Shown here piece by piece: positions 11,661-20,000 of a stretch of DNA of 20,000 nucleotides. Both the position numbers and the translations under genes were made by a program. The DNA is from Chiloscyllium plagiosum (Eukaryota). Positions within the stretch are counted from its first letter, which is position 1, and every line of letters starts with the position of its first letter. The stretch is taken from NCBI RefSeq assembly GCF_004010195.1, contig NC_057719.1, forward strand, positions 21,390,163 to 21,410,162, read 5' to 3'. The notes under the pieces were generated by a model, which was not told the DNA's origin, searched no databases, and worked only from the letters and a program-made list of their open reading frames with translations.

Positions 11661-12182
11661 ACTGATACCTTGGTCTGGCTTAGAAGGTTAGGGAGAACAC
11701 ATTGGTGAGCAGCTCACTGCAACAGGTCTACAGCTGACCATGGAAGAAATCGCCCAGGCCACTGACACTTGGAGGACTGCTAGTGACTGGGGCATCTTCT
11801 CAACTTCGGGCAAGAGAAGACCCAGTCTGCCAGTCTTGTCAGTCAGGAACGTTGTCCACATGCACTGGGAGGAACAGGAGCATCAGACAGTGAAGTGGGC
11901 TCACTAGGCTCTGGAAAGAACATCCTCAGCATGTCTGGGCTGTCCAGGTACAAATGTCCCCCGGGTCACCCAAACAAATCTCCAGTGTTAACAGGTTCCA
12001 ACCTCGAGCATCACTGATATAGAAGCAGGGTCTATACTAACATGAAATGGGAGGGAAATTAAACTTTATTGAAGGCAGTTTGGTGGCATGGGTAGCAACA
12101 TATTAGAGATTATTTGTTATGTTTCTGGAATTTTCACTGATTTTACCTTACATCTACTGGGTTGAGTCTCTTTGTAGAAGCA

Positions 12183-12700
12183 TATAGAAGGCACCAAAGA
12201 GTGTGCAGAGGAGGTTCACCAGGTTGATTCTGGAGTTGAGAGGATTAGCTTATGAGGAGAGATTGAGTAAACTGGGACTATATTCATTGGAATTTAAAAG
12301 AATGAGGGGGAATCTTACAGAAACATATAAAATTATGAAGAGAATAGATAAGATAGAAACAGGGATGTTGTTTCCACTGGTGGGTGAAACTAGAACTAGG
12401 GGGCACAGCCTCAAAATAAGGGGACAGCAGATTTAGAACTGAGTTGAGGAGAAGCTTCTTCAACCAAAGAGTTGTGAATCTGTGGAATTCCCTGCCCTGT
12501 GATGCAGTTGAGGCTGCCACCTTTAAAGTTTCTCAGGCAAAGCTAGATAGATCTTTGAACAGTAAAGGAATTAAGGGTTATGGTGAGTGGGTGGGTAAGC
12601 GGAGCTGAGTCCACAAAAAGATCAGCTATGATCTTATTGAATGGTGAAGCAGGCTTGAGGGGCCAGATGGCTTACCCCGGTCCTATTTCTTATGTTCTTA
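12183..12700 (+). mobile_element. CR1-type LINE 3' fragment with TSD TGTAGAAGCA
   Basis: QRRFTRLILELRGLAYEERLSKLGLYSLEFKRMRGNLTETYKIMK...TRTRGHSLKIRG; tail TTCTTATGTTCTTATG. TGTAGAAGCA at 12173-12182 and 12701-12710. Confidence 0.92.
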
Positions 12701-12867
12701 TGTAGAAGCAAGATGAACAAGGTGTGTAGACAGCAACAGTTCCTACTGAGGACATTACCCCTCATCCCAAAACATCTCTGATTTATCCTTGGCCTCTGAG
12801 AGTGAGTTGAAAATGTGTTGCTGGAGAAGCGCAGCAGGTCAGGCAGCATCCAAGGAACAGGAGAATC

Positions 12868-12895
12868 GATGTTTCGGGCATAAGCCCTTCTTCAG
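12868..12895 (-). ncRNA. Hammerhead ribozyme motif
   Basis: CTGAAGA-A-GGGC-TTAT-GCCC-GAAAC-ATC on the minus strand (GTC>ATC, consistent with CpG decay). Confidence 0.6.
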
Positions 12896-13065
12896 GAATG
12901 AGGAAAGTGTGTCCAGCAGGCTAAGATAAAAGGTAGGGAGGAGGGACTTGGGGGAGGGGCGTTGGAAATGCAATAGGTGAGGGAGGTCAAGGTGAGGGTG
13001 ATAGGCCAGAGTGGGGTGGGGGCGGAGAGGTCAGGAAGAAGATTGCAGGTTAGGAAGGCAGTGCT

Positions 13066-14042
13066 NNNNNNNNNNNNNNNNNNNNNNNNNNNNNNNNNNN
13101 NNNNNNNNNNNNNNNNNNNNNNNNNNNNNNNNNNNNNNNNNNNNNNNNNNNNNNNNNNNNNNNNNNNNNNNNNNNNNNNNNNNNNNNNNNNNNNNNNNNN
13201 NNNNNNNNNNNNNNNNNNNNNNNNNNNNNNNNNNNNNNNNNNNNNNNNNNNNNNNNNNNNNNNNNNNNNNNNNNNNNNNNNNNNNNNNNNNNNNNNNNNN
13301 NNNNNNNNNNNNNNNNNNNNNNNNNNNNNNNNNNNNNNNNNNNNNNNNNNNNNNNNNNNNNNNNNNNNNNNNNNNNNNNNNNNNNNNNNNNNNNNNNNNN
13401 NNNNNNNNNNNNNNNNNNNNNNNNNNNNNNNNNNNNNNNNNNNNNNNNNNNNNNNNNNNNNNNNNNNNNNNNNNNNNNNNNNNNNNNNNNNNNNNNNNNN
13501 NNNNNNNNNNNNNNNNNNNNNNNNNNNNNNNNNNNNNNNNNNNNNNNNNNNNNNNNNNNNNNNNNNNNNNNNNNNNNNNNNNNNNNNNNNNNNNNNNNNN
13601 NNNNNNNNNNNNNNNNNNNNNNNNNNNNNNNNNNNNNNNNNNNNNNNNNNNNNNNNNNNNNNNNNNNNNNNNNNNNNNNNNNNNNNNNNNNNNNNNNNNN
13701 NNNNNNNNNNNNNNNNNNNNNNNNNNNNNNNNNNNNNNNNNNNNNNNNNNNNNNNNNNNNNNNNNNNNNNNNNNNNNNNNNNNNNNNNNNNNNNNNNNNN
13801 NNNNNNNNNNNNNNNNNNNNNNNNNNNNNNNNNNNNNNNNNNNNNNNNNNNNNNNNNNNNNNNNNNNNNNNNNNNNNNNNNNNNNNNNNNNNNNNNNNNN
13901 NNNNNNNNNNNNNNNNNNNNNNNNNNNNNNNNNNNNNNNNNNNNNNNNNNNNNNNNNNNNNNNNNNNNNNNNNNNNNNNNNNNNNNNNNNNNNNNNNNNN
14001 NNNNNNNNNNNNNNNNNNNNNNNNNNNNNNNNNNNNNNNNNN
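13066..14042. other. Assembly gap (977 N)
   Basis: Run of N. Confidence 1.
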
Positions 14043-14125
14043 CTGCAGATGCTGGAGATCAGAGCTGAAAATGTGTTGCTGGAAAAGCGCAGCAGGTCAG
14101 GCAGCATCCAAGGAACAGGAGAATC

Positions 14126-14153
14126 GACGTTTCGGGCATAAGCCCTTCTTCAG
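14126..14153 (-). ncRNA. Minimal hammerhead ribozyme motif, intact core
   Basis: CTGAAGA-A-GGGC-TTAT-GCCC-GAAAC-GTC, with a 3-bp stem I ATC/GAT. Confidence 0.72.
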
Positions 14154-14195
14154 GATACCTTTTATCTTAGCCTGCTGGACACACTTTCCTCATTC

Positions 14196-14223
14196 CTGAA
14201 GAAGGGCTTATGCCTGAAACGTT
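14196..14223 (+). ncRNA. Minimal hammerhead ribozyme motif
   Basis: CTGAAGA-A-GGGC-TTAT-GCCT-GAAAC-GTT (G-U pair closing stem II). Confidence 0.62.
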
Positions 14224-15142
14224 GATTCTCCTGTTCCTTGGATGCTGCCTGACCTGCTGCGCTTTTCCAGCAACACATTTTCAGCTCTGATCTCCAGCAT
14301 CTGCAGTCCTCACTTTCTCCTCTGAGAGTGAGTTGGTCACCAATGTGGCTTGGAGGTACACAGCAAGCAGGGAGCTAGTGCGTTAAGCTGGCCAGGTACA
14401 AACTTCTGCTCTTAATTTCTACCTATCCACCGATACAGTCCCTTTGTTTGAGGATTGCTGACCAACGTTGCAAACTGCCTGGTTAAATGACCCTGCTAAC
14501 GGCACAAGTTGGCAAGGCATGCAGGTAAGAGCAAAGTGAGCAAGTTAAAACCAGCAAATGTGCAAACAGAGATGCAATCTGATTCAGTTTGCAAGCTACG
14601 CATTTGTCTGTGCATGCAGTGTCCCAGCAACAGCCTTTCATGCTAATTGCTGGTGTGCTTTGAAATGCTAGTTTGTGCTATCTAAGTGTAGCAGAGTGAT
14701 AGTCATGAATGGTTGGCAAATCTTTGATGCCAATATTGGTTAGTGAGTTACTGACACATGTGAACTATGTCCTGAAATTCAGTTGATTTTGAGCAACACG
14801 GAGGTTGGTCTCAGCCAGTGGTCTACTGAAGTGGTCAAGTACCCGCTCTGATTTCCATGTCAAGATTTCTTGACATCTAGCTTTGTTGGCATGTTTGGTA
14901 AAATAAGAAGTTGAATGTTCAAGAGGTGAGTTGTGGTGTTAATAAGGTGTTTAACAAGCTATAATCCCCCTTCATTGGCAGTTCACCACCATCTAACAGG
15001 AAACACGCTGCTCCACTCGCCAAAAACATGGACGATGCAACGAGATGCTCTCAATGTTGAGATGAACCTCACTAGACTTCTCGTCAGTTTCTGCCCGACC
15101 TTCAACATGGCCCACATTACTCAGACTCCAATAAGCTTCTGC

Positions 15143-15182
15143 TTGCTAACTCTGTTTCTCGCTAGATGCTGCCAGACCTCCT
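15143..15182 (+). mobile_element. Very short, degenerate Penelope terminal-repeat relic
   Basis: TAACTCTGTTTCTCGCTAGATGCTGCCAGACCT resembles GATGCTGCCTGACCT at ~14241 and the reverse complement of 4742-4753. Confidence 0.35.
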
Positions 15183-16048
15183 ACCTCATTCATTCAAAAT
15201 TACTTGTAAATATGCTTTATTTTGAACCTCTCATTGCATCAGCAGAACATGCAATTTCTCATCAGTAATCCTTAGTTTTCTTTTGCAACAGGTCTACCCA
15301 TTCAGTGCTGAATCGCGGTCAGTATTTTTTTTTTCCCAATTGATTCACAGCTAGCCAAAATTGAATTGCATCTGTCCAATCTTATCTTACTTAGACATTT
15401 TGCGATTCAAAAAGAGACTTCCATCTTATAATCTAGTATGATTTTGAAATACAGGTCCCAGAGGTGAAAAGAGATTCTTTAAACTGGCAGTAATACTGTA
15501 ACATTACAGCATTTTTCAATTTTAGTTTTAAAAAAACAATCAGCAAATATCCAGGATAAGGTAGAAGCTTCATGATTTCCAGACTAAGATTTTGTGGAAT
15601 AGCCTTAAGCAGTTTTCACATTTTAATCCTAAAATATATTAGTTTTATAATTCTATATTATGTCATGATCAAATTCATCAAAAGGAAATTCAAATCCCCA
15701 ACCAAATTAAAGAAACCAATGGTTACTCAGATTTTATTTGAACATTTCTTCACACACATCTTGTTTCTCATTTAGGAGATGGTGTTGATGTGGTGGAAGG
15801 ATTCCCAGTCTGATTATTAGTCAATTGAACTGTACTGCATACCTTCCTTGCATAGCCAGCAAACCCTAACATGACACATGAGTCTCTGGTCCTGAACAGG
15901 GGAATTACCACTGAATCACAAAATGCCCCAAGATAAATTAGTGAATTAGTCAAATTATCTATCAACATTGTCTCACTGACGTTGAGCGTAAATTGCTTCC
16001 CTGAGATCTTATATTTAATATTCCTACAATAATGAAAGCACTCCATTT

Positions 16049-16327
16049 TCATAGAATCTCTACAGTGTGGAAGCAGCCCATTCAACCCATCAAGTTCACA
16101 TCAACCCTCTGAAGAGCATCCCACCCAGACCCCGCCTCCGTCCCTGCAACCCTGCATTCCCCATGGGTAACCCACCTAGACTACACATCCCTGAACACTA
16201 CGGGCAATTTAGCATGGGCAATGCACCTAACCTGCACATTTTTGGATTGTGGGAGGAGACTGGAACACCTGGAGGAAACCCACGCAGACACAGGGAGAAT
16301 GTGCAAATTCCACACAGACAGTCACCC
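16049..16327 (-). mobile_element. HE1-like SINE, 5'-truncated (no tRNA head)
   Basis: Homologous to 1-170. Minus-strand tail CCACACTGTAGAGATTCTATGA. Breaks off at GGGTGAC just downstream of the B box position. Confidence 0.9.
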
Positions 16328-16330
16328 AAT

Positions 16331-16680
16331 GGTGCCCATGGTGGCTCAGTGGTTAGCACTGCTGCCTGACAATGCCAGGGACCCAGGTTCAATTCTAGCC
16401 TCGGGTGACTGCCTGTATAGAGTTTGCACATTCTCCCCATGTCTCCATGGGTTTCCTCCGGGTGCTCCACTTTCCTCTCACAATCCAAAAATGTGAAGGT
16501 TAGGTGAATTAGATACGCTAAATTGCCATAGTGTTCAGGAATGTGTAGGCTAGGTGCATTAGTCAGGGGAAATGTAGAGTAATAGGGTTGGGAAATGGGT
16601 CTGTTAGGATACTCTTTGGCGGGTCAGTGTGGACTTGTTGGTTCGAATGAACTGCTACCACACTGTAGAGATTCTATGAT
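16331..16680 (+). mobile_element. HE1-like SINE, full length
   Basis: A box TGGCTCAGTGG at 16342-16352, B box GGTTCAATTCT at 16386-16396, central body GTTTGCACATTCTCCCC, and a CR1-like tail ending GATTCTATGAT. Confidence 0.93.
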
Positions 16681-18106
16681 TTTAGTGGAAGTATGTACAA
16701 AATATATTATTTCTCTCTTTATTGGGAAGATAACTTTAACCAGTCTTCTGTACCTACCAATGCACAGTGAGATGAACACTGTATGGTTTAAATGTATACC
16801 TTTAACTTGATTTTGTATTTCAAACCTCTGGCATATGCTTGTAGTCTATTCTTCTGAAGGGTTCTGAAAGTTCATTAGGTCAGTCTTTCTGGAACCATGA
16901 CATTAAACAAATATGTATCAGAGAGCAGGTGGATCCAAAACCCCTGCAGTATTAATGGAAGTTGGTTTATGTTGTAGAGGAGGAAGAAAACACAAATCAT
17001 CAGTTGTAGCAGAATTCTGAATGAGCAAATTCTTTTATAATTTGGTTCAAAAGCTTTTGGCTTCAGTTCTATGGAGGCCTGAACTGGTCTCAAAGCAAGT
17101 ACAGTCAATCCTAGAAAAGGAGATTGTTCAGAGCAGTTGAGGGATAAGTTACCTCACTGAAAGAGTATAGTCTATGAAACTTTCAGACTAGGAGAGTTTA
17201 GTTAGAAATCTGCAGATTGTTAAAACATCAAGAAAGTCAAAGCTCTCATTTGCATATGTATTCAATTAAAAGGCTTCATGACTCACAAGATTGAAACTGT
17301 GAAGGAACAGTTAAGTCAAAGATACATATTTAACAAGCAAGGAAAAAATATCTAGATTTTGAATAACAATGAAGTGATAGTGTTGAGGAATAGATGTCAC
17401 TTTGTTTCACCATGTTCTTTGAAATCTTTCAAACTGTTATATTTAGATAACTTGTTAATTATATTTTTATTTTGTGTAATGAATTTTACTTTATTGACAA
17501 ATGCAAGTCTGCAGCCTTGTTTTATTTTAGTGAAAGATCATTCTGTTACTTTTTTTTAAAATACAAAATATAATTTCATACTTAACGAATGATTTCATTA
17601 TTTTGTAATAGCAAGAGCAGGGACAAATAGCAAAACACAATTGTTGCACTGTTAATAGGCTCAAAGTCAGACTATTTCGCTGATATTGTCAGGCTTTTTG
17701 ACTGAAAATATAATTTCACCATAGTCTTGTAAGGATTCAGCATTCTGAAGCCTGGAAGCTATTTTTGCTTTCCAGAGCAATGTTATATAAAAAGATAACA
17801 GAGTAGAAATTCATATTGTGCAGTGGAGCCAAACAGTTGTCAATGTATAGGACGCCTATTACATTTCTTACTTCATATTTGGTGGCCTGTTTTCTTTGAA
17901 TAAAGTTGAAGCAAGTCTTTTGCCATAAATTCATTGTGTTCACTGCTTGAGCAGTTTCAGCTCAAAGTATTCGAGTCAGAGGCCAAACTACTGACACTGC
18001 AGTGCATCAGGTAGGGGTAAAGTTAACCATATACTTATGATAGTCTTGTGGTTTGGTCACTCGTCAGGGAAAGGAAGTATGAATGAATGAAGGGACTCAG
18101 ACAACA

Positions 18107-18160
18107 GGACTGTGGGAGGAAACCAGGGCACCTGGAGTAAACCCACGCAGACATAGTACA
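18107..18160 (-). mobile_element. Internal fragment of HE1-like SINE
   Basis: GGACTGTGGGAGGAAACCAGGGCACCTGGAGTAAACCCACGCAGACA matches 16244-16290. Confidence 0.75.
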
Positions 18161-18741
18161 AGAACCTCAGGCTTTGCAATTGTATAAAAGGCCTGAGATT
18201 CTTACAGCTTGCTTGCATGAGAAAGAGGGCTGCAAGATAGATGAGCTAGCTGACCACGGCGCTGTGGTATAGAAAGCCACTCAAAAGAGGGGAGCTAAAA
18301 GAATGTAGTGGCACTAAATGACAATGGAGTGTCCAGGAATCATTAGCGTAAAAATTTACTTGTGAAGCACTGCCCTGCCTTCACTAGATAACATGAAAGT
18401 AGCTATCAAGCATTTTAATTAAATGTTATATATTGTTTCAAGTGCTGTATTTTATGGATGCCCCAGTCTGCATACAAAGGTACTTACCGGAAAGCAAGAG
18501 GTACATGATCAAGGCAAACCAGCCAGCATACGAAGTACAATTGCCTTTCTTTAAGCACCCATTTTTACATTAAAAAAATAATTCACTATCATTTGCAATT
18601 AAAAGTTACAAACTAACCAAAGTAAGTAAGTAGTCACAAAAAAAATCCACAAGACACTGTTTTAACTCGAGTTAGTTCCACATTTGTCAATCTCTGTACA
18701 TGCATTTCATACATAGCCTGGAAAATGTGCAGGTCTCTAAA

Positions 18742-18884
18742 AGATTAGATTAGATTAGATTAGATTACTTACAGTGTGGAAACAGGCCCTTCGGCCCAAC
18801 AAGTCCACACCGATCCGCCGAAGCGTAGCCCACCCAGACCCATTCCCCTACATTTACCCCTTCATGTAACACTACGGGCAATTC
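18742..18884 (-). mobile_element. HE1-like SINE 3' part with (AATCT)5 tail, cut by the adjacent CR1
   Basis: (AGATT)5 at 18742-18766. 18802-18886 aligns with 1-73 and homology stops at GGGCAATTCAG. Confidence 0.88.
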
Positions 18885-20000
18885 AGAACATAGAACATAG
18901 AACATAGAACAATACAGCACAGAACAGGCCCTTCGGCCCACGATATTGTGCCGAACATTTGTCCTAGCTTAAGCACCCATCCGTGTACCTATCCAATTGC
19001 CACTTAAAGGTCACCAAAGATTCTGACTCTACCACTCCCACAGGCAGCGCATTCCATGCCCCCACCACTCTCTGGGTAAAGAACCCACCCCTGACATCTC
19101 CCCTATACCTTCCACCCTTCACCTTAAATTTATGTCCCCTTGTAACACTCTGTTGTACCAGGGGAAAAAGTCTCTGACTGTCTACTCTATCTATTCCTCT
19201 GATAATCTTATAAACCTCTATCCTACCCCTCATCCTTCGCCGTTCTAATGAGAAAAGGCCTAGCACTCTCAACCGATCCTCATACGACCTATTCTCCATT
19301 CCAGGCAACATCCTGGTAAATCTTCTCTGCACCCACTCCAAAGCTTCCACATCTTTCCTAAAGTGAAGCGACCAGAACTGCACACAGTACTCCAAATATG
19401 GCCTTACCAAGGTCTTGTACAGTTGCAACATCACTTCACGACTCTTGAATTCAATCCCTCTGCTAATGAACGATAATACTCCATAGGCCTTCTTACAAAC
19501 TCTATCCACCTGAGTGGCAACCTTCAAAGAACTATGTACATAGACCCCAAGATCCCTCTGTTCCTCCACCTGACTAAGAACCCTACCATTAACCCTGTAT
19601 TCCACATTCTTATTTGTCCTTCCAAAATGCACAACCTCACACTTGACAGGGTTGAACTCCATCTGCCACTCCTCAGCCAGTTCTGCATCATATCTAAGTC
19701 CCTCTGCAGCCGACAACAGCCCCCCTCACTATCCACAACTCCACCTATCTTCGTATCATCTGCAAATTTACTGACCCACCCTTCGACTCCCTCATCTAAG
19801 TCATTAATAAAAATTACAAACAGCAGAGGACCCAGAACTGATCCCTGCGGAACTCCACTTGTAACTGGGCTCAAGGCTGAATATTTACCATCTACCACCA
19901 CTCTCTGCCTTCGACCGGTTAGCCAGTTTTCTATCCAATTGGCCAAATTTCCCTCTATCCCATGCCTCCTGACTTTCCGCATAAGCCTACCATGGGAAAC
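18885..20000 (-). mobile_element. Young CR1/HER1-type LINE (RT ORF2 C-half + 3' UTR), continues beyond the window
   Basis: [42 protein letters not shown], then after a 1-bp deletion near 19677 [13 protein letters not shown]...LVRPYLEYCVQFWS...; stop at 18964; (AGAACAT)3 on the + strand at 18885-18905. Confidence 0.97.

Larger units (their letters stand above)
14043..14306. repeat. 113-bp inverted repeat with 38-nt spacer
   Basis: 14043-14155 is the reverse complement of 14194-14306 with 2 mismatches, both at CpG positions. Confidence 0.95.
12810..14318 (-). mobile_element. Young Penelope-like insertion spanning the gap, with tandem and inverted terminal repeats and a 15-17-bp TSD
   Basis: Near-identical terminal-repeat copies at 12810-12935 (-), 14043-14155 (-) and 14156-14320 (+). 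CCTCTGAGAGTGAGTTG at 12793-12809 and 14319-14335. No coding sequence is visible outside the gap. Confidence 0.85.

Noticed and set aside
12977..14141. Three long ORFs of 358-376 aa
   Set aside because: Artefacts of translating through the N gap.
14340..14760. TGCA/GCAA-rich unique stretch, possible enhancer or old DNA transposon
   Set aside because: No TIRs, periodicity or coding signal that I can support without a conservation search.
16342..16400. tRNA gene
   Set aside because: The A/B boxes run into a SINE body and tail, so this is a SINE head.
16067..16496. Overlapping ~90-100 aa ORFs with similar peptides on both strands
   Set aside because: Translations of the two inverted SINE copies.
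17961..18010. Possible + strand exon LKVFESEAKLLTLQCI
   Set aside because: Weak donor (GTAGGG), poor polypyrimidine tract, no partner exon or recognised homologue.
18742..18912. Short direct repeats as a CRISPR-like array
   Set aside because: They are 5- and 7-bp retroposon tail microsatellites with no spacers, in a eukaryotic context.

Overview
Repeat-rich vertebrate non-coding DNA with no recognisable intact host gene. The repeat set (tRNA-headed HE1-type SINEs, CR1/HER1-type LINEs, RTE LINEs, Penelope-like elements) points to a cartilaginous fish; this is inference from remembered family sequences, not a database result. Roughly half the window is nested retroelement fragments, several with readable target-site duplications (TSDs), and there is a 977-N assembly gap at 13066-14042. 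The most notable signal is five copies of a minimal hammerhead-ribozyme core (CTGAnGA-A-stemII-GAAAC-NTH) in Penelope terminal repeats, with a compensatory stem-II change between subfamilies. Three of the five lie in one TSD-bounded insertion, in both tandem and inverted arrangement. Also seen: a ~630 bp SINE-SINE palindrome, an old LINE with a possible tRNA-like head, a possible spliced transposon-gene relic and a speculative two-exon small ORF.
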